Notes: generated from the letters alone by a model not told the origin. Positions 46,629 to 57,063 are shown, counted from the first letter of the stretch. The stretch is 62,688 nt of DNA from a virus (IMGVR_UViG_3300043783_000058:1-62688), one strand, 5' to 3'. Program-made: numbers and translations.

Positions 46629-47357
46629 ATGGCTATTGTCACACTTGACGGCGGTCAATCCAGCTCAGCAGTCAACGGCCAGAGCACTACCTACATCGTC
46701 GACAAGATCCTCACACGGCAGCCCGGTATCCCGGACACGCTCGTCAACAGCGAGCTGCAGGACACCATCCGCCACTTCTACACGCAGTCGACTGGATGGC
46801 GCGCGGTAGTTGGGCCGTACGTGATTTCTGTGAACCAGGCTGAGGTTCCGCTGAACCCCGTGGATCAGTACACGCAGCTGCAGTTCGTGCTGAACGCATG
46901 GATGTTTCCCAGCATCAACGGCGCGCAGTTCCCGCAGCCACTCGTGCTGTCGCCACGCCTGATCGTCGGCCCCGACGTGGCGCCGCCGTCTTCGGTCTTC
47001 ATGATCAAGCCGGACGTGGCTCGTTTGTTCCCGGTGCCGAACGCGACCTATGGTCCCATCCTGTTTTTCTACGCCGCGCTGGTGCCTGTGGTCAACACCA
47101 CAATGCTACCCAACATCACGATGACGCATCACCTGGATGCGCTGATGTGGGGCACGATGGCGCGCCTCTACCGCATGAAAGGAAAGCCGTGGAGCGACAT
47201 CGAGCAGGCGCGGGAGTACCAGAACATGTACCGCCAGGAGGTCAAGATGCACCGCGATCAGGCGAACCGCGCTTACTCGGGGGCGGACACACCCATGCGT
47301 ATCCCGAACTTCGCCCCGCGGCGGATCATCGGGAGCCCGTGGGCTGTGGCTGATTGA
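46629..47357 (+). CDS. Head-tail adaptor / tail tubular protein A-like
   Basis: FYTQSTGWR..ARLYRM.GKPWSD..A..Y motif. Confidence 0.65.
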   Translation: MAIVTLDGGQSSSAVNGQSTTYIVDKILTRQPGIPDTLVNSELQDTIRHFYTQSTGWRAVVGPYVISVNQAEVPLNPVDQYTQLQFVLNAWMFPSINGAQFPQPLVLSPRLIVGPDVAPPSSVFMIKPDVARLFPVPNATYGPILFFYAALVPVVNTTMLPNITMTHHLDALMWGTMARLYRMKGKPWSDIEQAREYQNMYRQEVKMHRDQANRAYSGADTPMRIPNFAPRRIIGSPWAVAD

Positions 47358-47358
47358 T

Positions 47359-47766
47359 GTGGCCACATTCCTCTACGGCGTAACGAGTCAGCAGGCGGAA
47401 GCGACGGGTCTCAACTGGCCCGGCGCGACTGTCTGGGGCCTTCTCGTGACCGCGGCCTATGTGCCGCAGATCAACGTCGACCAGCACGTCAGCGACATAC
47501 CTGCTGCGGCCATCATCGCGCGCGTCGGGCCTATGACCAGCATGGCGTCTGCGAACGGCATCTGTTCGGGGATACTCCCGCAGTTTTTTGCGCTACTTAG
47601 CACCGTGAACGCTGCCGCCATCGTGCTGTATTTCAACACGAGTGTTGATACGACTTCGCAGCTGATCTACTACTCCTCAGACGGCGTCGGCTTCCCGCTC
47701 CCGCTTCAGGGCTTCAACTACGCCGTCGCGTACGACCAGTCATTCAGCGGCTGGTTCCAGGTATGA
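47359..47766 (+). CDS. Virion structural protein
   Basis: beta-rich; ..TSQLIYY..GFPL pattern seen in tail-associated proteins. Confidence 0.6.
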   Translation: MATFLYGVTSQQAEATGLNWPGATVWGLLVTAAYVPQINVDQHVSDIPAAAIIARVGPMTSMASANGICSGILPQFFALLSTVNAAAIVLYFNTSVDTTSQLIYYSSDGVGFPLPLQGFNYAVAYDQSFSGWFQV

Positions 47767-50087
47767 GCAATCCCAGCCCGCCGCGTATCGCCCTCACTGG
47801 TAACAGCGGCCTTAGCGCCAGCTTCCAGTGGTGGTACGCCGATCCGGTGAGCCTGCTGCACTTTGAGGACGGCGCCAACACGTTCGTTGATAGCGCTTCG
47901 TCCCCTCTCACGTGGACCGCAGGCGGCAGCAACGGCACGGCGACTGAGAGCACGGCGCAGTATAAGTTCGGCACAGCCTCGGCTAACTTCAGTGGCTACA
48001 ACTGCTTCCTCACGACGCCTAACAACGTCGGCAGCCCGCTCGATCTCGCAACCGGGCAGACAGATTTTACGATTGACATGTGGGTCTACCCGACGACCTT
48101 CACGTGGCCGAGCGGCAGTCTGGGTACTATTTGCGACCTTACAGCTGGCTTCACTACTCTGTTCCGCCTGTATATAGGCAACTCCGGCCGGTTGAATGCG
48201 CAGTTTTCCGGCGCCAATGGATGGGGCACCCTTTCGCATCCAACTGCGCTAGCTCTCAACACATGGACTCATGTCGCTCTCACGCGGTCCACGTCCAGCG
48301 GATATACGAATCCGGACATTATGACTCTGTACGTGAACGGCGTCCCGCAGGCCGAAACCGGCAATGGCGGTTCGACGGCTTTTCCAGCTCTCCCCGGCTC
48401 CGGCGGTCTGGCGTATCTCGGCGCTTCGTATAACAGCAACGTCCAGGGGACCGGCTTCTATCAAGGCTACATCGACGAGTTTCGGGTTGCGAAATATTCT
48501 ATTTGGCAAGGCGCCTTCACGCCGCCGACTGCGCCCAGCGATCCTTTTCCGACTCCGGGTTTCTGGGAGATAACACGTAACAGCGTGCCTCTGGCGACTG
48601 TTACGGCTCCGACTCAGACCTACACAGATACAACCCCGGTCTACGGGCAGATCTATGCCTACACGGTGGCGCCATCTAATTCGGGCGGAACGCCCACTGG
48701 TACGGTCTCCAGCCCCGTCGGCTTCCTTGATTTGCAGTGGACGCGTAAAACCACCAATAGTGTAAGCAACGCGATCTTTGGTGCGGCTGCCGATTCTAAC
48801 GGCAACATCCTGATTGGATATAACAACAGTAACACCGGCGCCGCGATTGTCGACCGTTCTACCGACGGCGGCAATTCGTGGACGAACGTCCTGACTATAG
48901 CCAGCGCTACGTTCAATGGCGGCGGGATCTGGTGCGACGGGTCTGTGTTCATTGTGGCGCCTACGAGCACCACCACACTCTATCGTTCAACTGACGGCGG
49001 CCAGACGTTCTCCTCCATCACCGGCGGGGGATTGACGAACGGATACAACATCAAACAGATGGTGTATGACGGCGCTGGACAGTGGTGGGCCGAGCAAGGT
49101 GGGGGCACGAACGCTGGGTACCATTCAACCGATGGTGGCCTGACGTGGGCCAACGTGACGACGTTCCCAGCCAGCCCCGGCTTCTATATGACCTGGCTCG
49201 GTACGAACAACCTGTTCGCTACGGTTGGCAGCGTGACTGGGTACACATCTTCTGATGGGCTGACGTGGACGGGGCAGTCTGTTTCGCAGATCGCCCCAAT
49301 CGGCGGCACGAATTATCCGGCGAACGCGCTGAACGGCACGGGGATGTTCGGGTGTATCAGCGCAAGCGGCAGCGGGTTTATGACAACCACTGTTGCTTCG
49401 CTGCCCATGGGCGCTGGGAATGAGCTGACTCAGGCCGGATCTATACCTCTCGCGCAGGAAGGATTTATCGCTGGCGGCGGAGGAGCTTTTGTCGTCGCGA
49501 GCTTCACAGCTTTTGCTTCGAGTCCTGACGGCATCAATCAGTGGGCAGATGATACTGGTACTGGGCTAGATAACACCCAGACTCTGATCTACGTCCCGAC
49601 GAAGAACATTTTCTTTTCGGGCGGAGCACAGGGCCACGCGACTGTATCCACCCCGGTCGTGCCCGTTCCGTCTGGCCCGGGTGTCAGCATCTCTCCCTCG
49701 AACGCGAACGTCCCCGTCAATGGCGGCACGTTCAACTTCACCTTGGTGAGCCAAGACGGCACCCACGCGACGCCCGCGATCAACGGGGTGCCGTACGGTA
49801 ATTCCACCCTGGGGTTCATCAATGACTCCGGGTACTACGTGGCCCCGATTGGTCTGACGAGCCTGCCCTCGCCAAACGTGCTCACGCTGACCCTCACGCT
49901 GGACGAGGACCACACGTTCGTGGCTACTGCCACCATCACCCTGACGGCTCCCACGCAGACGGTTCAGGCGTATGGCGCCTTTCGTGGACCCAAAGCCTTC
50001 AAGCCGGTATCCTTGGTCAACGTGGGGACGATCAATCCTAAGATCTACGCCCCTGGCGAAAACACAACAGTAAAGAGCCAGTCATGA
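47763..50087 (+). CDS. Receptor-binding protein: LamG/ConA-like lectin + FN3-like + Asp-box (BNR) propeller + Ig-like
   Basis: SLLHFE..KFG.AS..DFTIDMWVYP..WTHVALTR..LYVNG..GYIDEFRV; three RSTDGG/HSTDGG and further S.DG..W repeats. Confidence 0.8.
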   Translation: MSNPSPPRIALTGNSGLSASFQWWYADPVSLLHFEDGANTFVDSASSPLTWTAGGSNGTATESTAQYKFGTASANFSGYNCFLTTPNNVGSPLDLATGQTDFTIDMWVYPTTFTWPSGSLGTICDLTAGFTTLFRLYIGNSGRLNAQFSGANGWGTLSHPTALALNTWTHVALTRSTSSGYTNPDIMTLYVNGVPQAETGNGGSTAFPALPGSGGLAYLGASYNSNVQGTGFYQGYIDEFRVAKYSIWQGAFTPPTAPSDPFPTPGFWEITRNSVPLATVTAPTQTYTDTTPVYGQIYAYTVAPSNSGGTPTGTVSSPVGFLDLQWTRKTTNSVSNAIFGAAADSNGNILIGYNNSNTGAAIVDRSTDGGNSWTNVLTIASATFNGGGIWCDGSVFIVAPTSTTTLYRSTDGGQTFSSITGGGLTNGYNIKQMVYDGAGQWWAEQGGGTNAGYHSTDGGLTWANVTTFPASPGFYMTWLGTNNLFATVGSVTGYTSSDGLTWTGQSVSQIAPIGGTNYPANALNGTGMFGCISASGSGFMTTTVASLPMGAGNELTQAGSIPLAQEGFIAGGGGAFVVASFTAFASSPDGINQWADDTGTGLDNTQTLIYVPTKNIFFSGGAQGHATVSTPVVPVPSGPGVSISPSNANVPVNGGTFNFTLVSQDGTHATPAINGVPYGNSTLGFINDSGYYVAPIGLTSLPSPNVLTLTLTLDEDHTFVATATITLTAPTQTVQAYGAFRGPKAFKPVSLVNVGTINPKIYAPGENTTVKSQS

Positions 50088-50431
50088 GCCTGCAAATCTC
50101 CGCCAGCTTTCAGCAGTCCCCTGTCGAGCTCAAGCGCTATCTCCTGGACTGGACCGCGCAGCTAGCCCAGGGGGAGACCGTCACCGCCATCCAGGCGACG
50201 GTCTCCTCGGTGACGGACCCGTCGAACCTCGGCGGTGCGCAGGTGACTGGTGTGGCGATTGCGCCGCTGGGTAATCAGGCAGTGTTCTTCATGAGCTTCA
50301 CGAACCCCGGCCCGGGTCCCAATACTGCGGACGGCCAGACGTACCTCGTGAGCTTCGTGGCGACGACCTCGCTGACGCAGAAGTGGCAGGACATGGTGCA
50401 GTTCGTGGTAGCCAACAAGAACGGAGTTTAA
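50084..50431 (+). CDS. Tail fibre adaptor-like protein
   Basis: Q.P.E.K.Y.LDW..L..GET..G.TY.V...TT pattern. Confidence 0.6.
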   Translation: MSLQISASFQQSPVELKRYLLDWTAQLAQGETVTAIQATVSSVTDPSNLGGAQVTGVAIAPLGNQAVFFMSFTNPGPGPNTADGQTYLVSFVATTSLTQKWQDMVQFVVANKNGV

Positions 50432-50434
50432 GCC

Positions 50435-51481
50435 ATGAGTCTTTTCATCTACGGTGACAATGCCTCCTCGACGATGGCGTCGGGGATCACGAACGCTCAG
50501 ACCACTGTCACCGTACAAACCGGGCAGGGGGCCTTCTTCCCGGCGCCCTCAGCCGGCCACATCCTCGCGGTCACGTTCGAGGACACCGCCGGCAACCTGG
50601 AAGTCGCCTACTGCACCGGCATCACCGGCGACACGCTCACTGTCATACGAGGCTCGGAGACCATCCCGTCGCAGGCCGGCGGTCCGGCGCTCGCATTCGC
50701 GTCCGGCTCGCGCGTCGAGGCGCGTGTCACCCAGGGTATGCTCGGCGCCCTGCTTCAGAAGAATGGCGGCGACACTCTCACCGGCACGACCAACCTGAAC
50801 GGCGTCCTGGCGCTCGCTGGCGGCGGCTCGATCCAGGGCGGCGAGTTCACTGGCGCGCTCCGCGGCGCAGCCGGCCAGACCGGGAACCAGATCCTTGTCC
50901 CCGTAGGCACTGGCCCAGCGACCAGCGCTGGCAGCCCGATCCTCACGACCGCGAATCTGAACAGCAACCTGCCCGCGGGCTTTGGCCTCATGTCCGCGGG
51001 CATGATCTGTCTGTGGTACGGCTCGACTGGCACCATCCCGAGCGGGTGGAGCCCTTGCGATGGCGGCACCTACAACACCTTCATCACGCCTGATCTGCGC
51101 AACCGGTTCGTCGTGGGTGCAGGTTCGTCCTTCACGCAGGGCAGCACAGGCGGCTCATCCGGCACGACCACTGGCTCGACCGACCCCTCGGGACAGATCA
51201 GCATCGCTGGTCACACTCTGAGCGTGGCCGAGATACCGTCACACGCGCACAACATCTACTCTGCGTCGGAGTTCTCGGGCAGCTCGTTCTCGTTCCCGAA
51301 CTACGCCGGCGCGACTGGTGGCGCGTTCACCAACACCAATCCGGGTGCAGGTGGTGCGCTCATACAGAACACCGGCGGCGGTGGGTCGCATACGCACGGC
51401 CTGACGGGCAACCTGGCGCACACGCACTCGTACAACCTGCCGCCGTACTACGCGCTGGTCTACATCATGCGCACGTCGTAA
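50435..51481 (+). CDS. Tail fibre protein with collar domain
   Basis: GMICLWYG..IPSGW..CDG..TPDLRNRFVVGAG, HTLS..EIPSHAH, LPPYYALVYIM. Confidence 0.85.
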   Translation: MSLFIYGDNASSTMASGITNAQTTVTVQTGQGAFFPAPSAGHILAVTFEDTAGNLEVAYCTGITGDTLTVIRGSETIPSQAGGPALAFASGSRVEARVTQGMLGALLQKNGGDTLTGTTNLNGVLALAGGGSIQGGEFTGALRGAAGQTGNQILVPVGTGPATSAGSPILTTANLNSNLPAGFGLMSAGMICLWYGSTGTIPSGWSPCDGGTYNTFITPDLRNRFVVGAGSSFTQGSTGGSSGTTTGSTDPSGQISIAGHTLSVAEIPSHAHNIYSASEFSGSSFSFPNYAGATGGAFTNTNPGAGGALIQNTGGGGSHTHGLTGNLAHTHSYNLPPYYALVYIMRTS

Positions 51482-51490
51482 GGGTGATCT

Positions 51491-52738
51491 ATGACCTCCG
51501 GGGTAGTGATTGCACCGACGGTGGTTCGGATCAAGACCTCGGCGATTCAGACGCCGGCTGGCGACGGTTCGAACCACAGCACGATTCTCAATCAGCTGAA
51601 GGAGGCGTCTGAGATTTCTCAGCGTCTCCGCGGCAACATTGGGGACAGCTATGTGCGCGTCAGCGAGCTCGTGGCCCTCGGCCTAGCGAACATCGTTGGC
51701 AACGCGGTGGTTCTCATCAACGGTGGCGTAGCCGGCGGCACTGTGATCATTGGGGGTGGCGGTGGCGGCGGAGGCGTCGGTGCTACCGGCTCGACTGGGG
51801 CAACGGGACCGCAGGGGCCTCCCGGCGACGACGGCTATCCCGGCGCCGACGGCGATCCGGGACCCCCAGGGCTTGCCGGTCCGTCTGGCTCTACGGGCCT
51901 CCAGGGACCTCCAGGTGACGACGGCGTGATGGGGGACGACGGAGCCCCAGGTCCCCCCGGCGTGGCTGGCCCGCAGGGTGCTACTGGCCCTCCGGGGTCA
52001 CAGGGGCCTCCTGGCGACGACGGCGCCCCGGGCGAAGATTCATGGACCCCCGGACCGCCTGGCCCACAGGGCAACCCCGGCACCGCCGGACCTCCCGGCA
52101 CGACTGTCGTCGGCATGGACGGCGACCCGGGCGAAGACAGTATGCACATCCCCGGCGTGCAAGGCCCCCCGGGGAACATCGGTCCGACCGGACCCGCCGG
52201 CGCGGTAGGGGTTGATTTCTACGATCCGGTCCCGGGCGACGACGGCCCGATGATCCCCGGTGCTCAAGGCCCGCAGGGCAACATTGGCCCGGTCGGTCCT
52301 CCCGGCGCTGTAGGGGTTGATTTCTACGATCCGGTCCCGGGCGACGACGGCCCGATGATCCCCGGTGCTCAAGGCCCGCAGGGCAACATTGGCCCGGTCG
52401 GTCCTCCCGGCGCTGTAGGGGTCGATTTCTACGATCCGGTTCCCGGAGACGACGGCGCGCCCATCCCCGGCTCTCAAGGCCCGCAGGGCAACACCGGCGC
52501 GCAAGGCCCTATCGGCCCGGTTCTCTACCCCGCGGACGACGTTGGCTTTGACGAGCCGCCCCCGTGGAACGCGCGCCCGCGAGAGCCCGCATGGCAGATT
52601 TCGTACAAGGGTCCATACTACACAGGGAGTTTCCAGGTCGAGACCGGGAACTTCGCTATTCAATGCAAGCGCCTACAGCTCAAGGGCAGCGAGCGTTTGA
52701 GTGTGAGCGGAACCGGGCGGCTGAGCGTTTACAACTGA
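51491..52738 (+). CDS. Collagen-like (Gly-X-Y) fibre protein
   Basis: Long interrupted GXY tracts rich in GDDG and GPPG. Confidence 0.85.
   Translation: MTSGVVIAPTVVRIKTSAIQTPAGDGSNHSTILNQLKEASEISQRLRGNIGDSYVRVSELVALGLANIVGNAVVLINGGVAGGTVIIGGGGGGGGVGATGSTGATGPQGPPGDDGYPGADGDPGPPGLAGPSGSTGLQGPPGDDGVMGDDGAPGPPGVAGPQGATGPPGSQGPPGDDGAPGEDSWTPGPPGPQGNPGTAGPPGTTVVGMDGDPGEDSMHIPGVQGPPGNIGPTGPAGAVGVDFYDPVPGDDGPMIPGAQGPQGNIGPVGPPGAVGVDFYDPVPGDDGPMIPGAQGPQGNIGPVGPPGAVGVDFYDPVPGDDGAPIPGSQGPQGNTGAQGPIGPVLYPADDVGFDEPPPWNARPREPAWQISYKGPYYTGSFQVETGNFAIQCKRLQLKGSERLSVSGTGRLSVYN
52205..52495 (+). repeat. 105-bp tandem repeat (two identical copies plus a diverged third)
   Basis: Units begin at 52205, 52310 and 52415; encode [35 protein letters not shown]. 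Confidence 0.9.
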
Positions 52739-52747
52739 GAGTTCACC

Positions 52748-53389
52748 ATGGCAGACATCCTACTCGACACTCAAAGCGCTTCTGCAACGCCAGCGGCCGG
52801 ACAGAGCGTGCTGTTCCCCGAGACCACTGGTAAGCGGTGGACGTACAAGGACGACGCCGGCCGCACGTACACGCTTGGCGAGGGGTGTATCCGCAACCAG
52901 GCCGTTTCTTCGGTAACAGGCTACGCGGCTGACACATACCTCGCGGGCTCAAGCATCACGATTCCGGCGAGCTTGACGCTTCAGGCCGGTACTCAGTATC
53001 GCTGCAAGATCAGCTTGAACAAGACGGCAGTCGGCACAGCCGCGCCGGTGTTCAACATCCGCATCGGCACTGCCGGCACAACGGCGGACGCGGTGCTCGC
53101 AACGCTCACCACTGCGGTACAGACGGCAGCGGCAGATACCGGATGGCTTGAGATCCTGGTCACGATCCGAACGGTGGGTGCTGCGGCTACGTCGCAGGTG
53201 ACGTTTGCATTCCTGCATACCGCCGGTGCGGCAGCCGGCTTTGGCTTCGCCTCGCCTGCGATAAACGAAGTCGCTGGCACCGCGTTCAATTCGACCACGG
53301 CCTCGCTCATCATCGGGATTTCGATGAACTTCGGAGCTTCGGCCAACGTCACCACGACCCAGGTCGAGGCGGAATTGCTGAATATTTGA
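52748..53389 (+). CDS. Ala/Thr-rich virion/fibre protein
   Basis: TPAAGQSVLF..WTYKDDAG N-terminus typical of fibre segments; beta-rich. Confidence 0.65.
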   Translation: MADILLDTQSASATPAAGQSVLFPETTGKRWTYKDDAGRTYTLGEGCIRNQAVSSVTGYAADTYLAGSSITIPASLTLQAGTQYRCKISLNKTAVGTAAPVFNIRIGTAGTTADAVLATLTTAVQTAAADTGWLEILVTIRTVGAAATSQVTFAFLHTAGAAAGFGFASPAINEVAGTAFNSTTASLIIGISMNFGASANVTTTQVEAELLNI

Positions 53390-53440
53390 CCCTGACGTAT
53401 GATGCCCAAGGAGCCGCCGTAGAGCGGTCTGGAGAAGAAA

Positions 53441-53812
53441 ATGCTGAACAAACCAGTACGCTTTGGTCCGGTCGCTCTCACGACTACTCTGACCACGAAC
53501 ATCCTGAACCCGAACGTGACCTCCCTGTCAGGTCCGGTTGGGTTCGCGCTCACCCAGCCGTACTTCCTGCTCAAGCACATCCGCATCGTGAACAAGACCG
53601 CCTCCGGCGCGACTGTCTCGTTGTGGGTGGGTGCGACGGCAGGCAACGTGGCGGGCACCGAGTTCGGGTTTCAGGGCACGACTGTCGCGGCCAACTCGTA
53701 CATTGACTGGTACGGGGCGCTGCGTCTCGACGCCGCGGACTTCTTGGTTGGAGGCGCCGGGACTGCGACCGCGCTGACGTTCCAGGCAGAAGGCGAAGTC
53801 GGAATCTCGTAA
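53441..53812 (+). CDS. Small beta-sandwich virion protein
   Basis: LKHIRIVN.T..TVSLW..VAANS..L.A.D.L pattern. Confidence 0.65.
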   Translation: MLNKPVRFGPVALTTTLTTNILNPNVTSLSGPVGFALTQPYFLLKHIRIVNKTASGATVSLWVGATAGNVAGTEFGFQGTTVAANSYIDWYGALRLDAADFLVGGAGTATALTFQAEGEVGIS

Positions 53813-53833
53813 TCGACCCGTGGGGGTGGACTG

Positions 53834-55717
53834 ATGGCCGCTCTCCGGATAGAGAACTTTTCTGGGATTGCGCCGCGCTACTCAGCGCGGCTGCTCTCCC
53901 AGAACCAGGCGCAGGCGTCACAGAACACGAAGCTCCTTTCTGGAGAGATACGCGGCTACCATGAAGCGCAACTCCTCTTTGATTTTAACCCGCAGCTCCT
54001 TGCATACCCAATCGCGAGGGCTTTTCGGCTCCCAGCCTCTGTCAACGCGCCCATCCCGATTGGTGGGTCAGACACGTGGCTCGGCTTCAAAGACGCCGCG
54101 GTCAACTTCGTCCGCACCCCCGTCCTCAACGACCAGTTCGAGCGCTACTACTGGACCGGCGACAGCACAACCGCCTTCAGCGGAGCACCCGCGTACAACA
54201 CTCGCGCCCGGATCAATGCCTCGTCCGCACCCTGGATACTCGGAATCCCAACGCCTACTGCCGCCCCGTCGGTAGCGGCGCCCGCCGGGTCCGCTGAGAC
54301 CCGCGCCTACACCTACACGTTCATATCTGCGTATGGCGAGGAGGGCTCACCCGCCCCTGCCACCGTGGTTTCAGGCGGCGCGCCCGGCACATGGAACATC
54401 ACCGGCATCCAGACTTCGGTGCCGAACCCGAGCTTCTACAACCTGGCGACGACGCGTATTTACCGCAGCGTCGGCAACGCGTACTTCTGGGTGGCCGACA
54501 TAGCGTTCGGCACCAGCTCCTACTCTGACTCGATCCCGAGCGCCACGGTGGCGCTGAACTTCACCCTGCCGTCGCTGAACTGGACGCCACCCCCGGCTAC
54601 GCTGCAGGGCATCGTGGCGCACCCTGGCGGCTTCCTCGTGGGCTTCAGCGGTCGCGATGTCTGGATGTCTGCGCCGTATCAGCCGCACGCGTGGCCGATT
54701 CAGTCCGTGCAGACGTGTCAGACCGAGGTCGTCGGGCTCGCGATATTCAACAACTGCATCATCGTGATGACGACCAGCCACCCATACTTCGGGGAGGGCA
54801 TGAGTCCGACCAACATCACGCTGCAGAAGATGGACGCTGTTGAGCCGTGCGTGTCCCAGCGCAGCATCGTGACCACCGTGGACGGCGTCTACTACGCCAG
54901 CCCGCAGGGCATCATCCGCGCGACAGGAGGCACGACCGAGCTCGTCTCGCGCCAGTTGTTCACCCGCGAGGAGTGGCAGCAGCTGTTCTCTCCGACCACT
55001 GTGTATGCGGTGCCGTATGGCGTGGAGTACATCGCGTTCTCCACAACCGCCACCGGCTTCGTCTTCAGCCCCACTGACCCGACCACCCCGCTCAGCCAGC
55101 TGGACCGGTTCTCCAACGTGGCGGCGATCCAGCAGGACCAATACTCGGGAGACGTGTACCTGATTTCGAACAGCCAGGTGCTGCTGTGGGACCCGCCGAA
55201 CTCGATCCCCTACTCCTACACGTGGCAGTCGAAGGTGTTCGATCTGCCGAAGCCTGTGAACTTCGGCGCGATGCGTCTTAAGTTCAACGCGGGCATCACG
55301 ACGGTCAATGCGGCACAGCTTGCTGCCTACACGTCTTACAACGGCCGTCGCATCCTTAAGCCGTTGAATCCAATCAACGGATGCCCGTTGAACGGTGTGC
55401 GGACGCTGGCATATCCGGGGTTCACGACACCCGGTTATTCCCCTCCGCCGGAGATCAAGAACCCCATCGCGGGGTCGCCCTTGTATCAGCTGGCGCAATA
55501 CGCGAGTATTACAGGTGGGGCCACCGTGACTGTGCAGGCGCGAGACCTGATGACGACCGCATGGATCACAGTGTTCCAGGGTGCGTTGACCACCGAAAGG
55601 ATCTACCGGATGCCCGCTGGCATCAAGAGCGACGGATGGCAAGTAACGATAGTGGGGAACACGCCGGTGTACAGCTTCGCGATGGCGGAAACCGCGAAAG
55701 AGCTACAAGACGTATGA
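53834..55717 (+). CDS. Tail nozzle / tail tubular protein B (stabilisation protein)
   Basis: NFSGIAPR..LL..AQ..N, RAYTYTF..YGEEGSP, S.PY.PHAWP, YYASPQG, WQSKVF. Confidence 0.8.
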   Translation: MAALRIENFSGIAPRYSARLLSQNQAQASQNTKLLSGEIRGYHEAQLLFDFNPQLLAYPIARAFRLPASVNAPIPIGGSDTWLGFKDAAVNFVRTPVLNDQFERYYWTGDSTTAFSGAPAYNTRARINASSAPWILGIPTPTAAPSVAAPAGSAETRAYTYTFISAYGEEGSPAPATVVSGGAPGTWNITGIQTSVPNPSFYNLATTRIYRSVGNAYFWVADIAFGTSSYSDSIPSATVALNFTLPSLNWTPPPATLQGIVAHPGGFLVGFSGRDVWMSAPYQPHAWPIQSVQTCQTEVVGLAIFNNCIIVMTTSHPYFGEGMSPTNITLQKMDAVEPCVSQRSIVTTVDGVYYASPQGIIRATGGTTELVSRQLFTREEWQQLFSPTTVYAVPYGVEYIAFSTTATGFVFSPTDPTTPLSQLDRFSNVAAIQQDQYSGDVYLISNSQVLLWDPPNSIPYSYTWQSKVFDLPKPVNFGAMRLKFNAGITTVNAAQLAAYTSYNGRRILKPLNPINGCPLNGVRTLAYPGFTTPGYSPPPEIKNPIAGSPLYQLAQYASITGGATVTVQARDLMTTAWITVFQGALTTERIYRMPAGIKSDGWQVTIVGNTPVYSFAMAETAKELQDV

Positions 55718-56004
55718 ACATCGACTTCTCCAAACTGGTGCCGGATAAGGTCGCCGTCGTCCTGGCCGCTGTCTCTTGCCTTGGCGGCTGGGGTATTCAC
55801 GCGCTCAGCGTGTTCAATTTGGACCAGCAGAAGCTCGACGAGCACACAGCGCAGATCCAACATCTACAGACCGGCCAGCGGGAAACACACGACAAGCTCA
55901 ACGACATCGGCATCACCATTTTGAAGGTAGACGGCAAGCTCGATGTGTTGAATCAGAAAATCGACGACGACCGGGCCAATGCCAAAACAGCAAGGCAGCG
56001 GTGA
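55714..56004 (+). CDS. Single-TM coiled-coil protein (holin/antiholin-like)
   Basis: ATGA overlap; VAVVLAAVSCLGGWGI helix followed by a coiled coil; start of the lysis region. Confidence 0.6.
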   Translation: MNIDFSKLVPDKVAVVLAAVSCLGGWGIHALSVFNLDQQKLDEHTAQIQHLQTGQRETHDKLNDIGITILKVDGKLDVLNQKIDDDRANAKTARQR

Positions 56005-56606
56005 TGGCTTCTAACATCGACCCAATCTATTTGCTACGGCATGGCCGTACGCCCATGGATACCGTGCATCGGTCCGATGGGCTGATCGACTTGCCCCTGT
56101 CCGACTCCGGTCGGCTGGGCCTCATCGCAGCGCAGCAGTACCTGAAGACCGTGCCGCTGAGGGTGATCTACGCCGCGCCGCTGAAGCGCACGACCGAGAC
56201 AGCTGAGATCATCAGGTCAGGCGTGCTGTCTGATCCGAAGATCATCATCTGCCCCGAGGCCATCACGTGGGATCTCGGGAAGTTGTCTGGCATGCAGAAG
56301 CGTTACAGCCGCCCCGAAGTCGATGAGCTGCTTAAACATCCGGCCGTCCGCGCTCCCAGCGGCGAGTCATACAGCAACTTCAAGCGCCGATATGTGCCGT
56401 GGTTCTACGGCCGCGCGGCGTCGGCCAAGAAGCCGATCCTGATTGTTGGTTCCGGCTCCAACTTCCGGTTGCTGGGCGACGTGCTGTTCGATGATCCCGA
56501 AGCCCTCAACCTGGACGAAGGCGGTCTTGCCATCCTGCGGCAGCTGGGCGGGTGGCACAAAGAGATCATCCTCGGCGAAGAAGACACGAGCCACTATGAA
56601 TCCTGA
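56004..56606 (+). CDS. Histidine phosphatase (phosphoglycerate mutase fold) protein
   Basis: LLRHGRT, D.PLS..G, APLKRT.ETA, GES motifs; TGATG coupling. Confidence 0.82.
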   Translation: MASNIDPIYLLRHGRTPMDTVHRSDGLIDLPLSDSGRLGLIAAQQYLKTVPLRVIYAAPLKRTTETAEIIRSGVLSDPKIIICPEAITWDLGKLSGMQKRYSRPEVDELLKHPAVRAPSGESYSNFKRRYVPWFYGRAASAKKPILIVGSGSNFRLLGDVLFDDPEALNLDEGGLAILRQLGGWHKEIILGEEDTSHYES

Positions 56607-57063
56607 TTCGTTGCGACAGTTGATCCGCAGCACCCTGACCCCGATGGGACTTTACTCAGCCGACGCTGAGGAACTCCTCATGGCGACGTGTGCGCAGGAG
56701 AGCCGGCTCGGCGAATATCGGCACCAGGTTCACGGACCCGCCATCGGCATTTTCCAGATGGAGCCCGAGGACTTCGATGATCTCTGGACGAACTACCTGG
56801 CCTACCACTTCGATCTGGCCACCGCGCTCCGGCAGCTCTCCGGTCAGCTCAGCCCTACTGCATCAGACATGCAGGACAACGATCCATTTGCTATCGCCAT
56901 GGCCCGCGTGCATTATCTGCGCGCGCATGGCGCCCTGCCTGCAGCCAGCGATCTAGCCGGCCTGTGGGCTTATTACAAGCTGCACTACAACACACCAGCA
57001 GGCGCCGCGACTCAGGCCGAGTTCGTGCATAACTACCGCCTGACAGGGGGATCTGCATCATGA
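56596..57063 (+). CDS. Endolysin, lysozyme-like fold
   Basis: AQES catalytic Glu, GPAIGIFQMEP, ARVHY, YYKLHYNT; precedes holin and spanins. Confidence 0.75.
   Translation: MNPDSLRQLIRSTLTPMGLYSADAEELLMATCAQESRLGEYRHQVHGPAIGIFQMEPEDFDDLWTNYLAYHFDLATALRQLSGQLSPTASDMQDNDPFAIAMARVHYLRAHGALPAASDLAGLWAYYKLHYNTPAGAATQAEFVHNYRLTGGSAS

Noticed and set aside
52205-52495. 105-bp repeats as a diversity-generating retroelement TR/VR pair
   Set aside because: They are tandem in-frame collagen units, the differences are not adenine-specific, and there is no reverse transcriptase.
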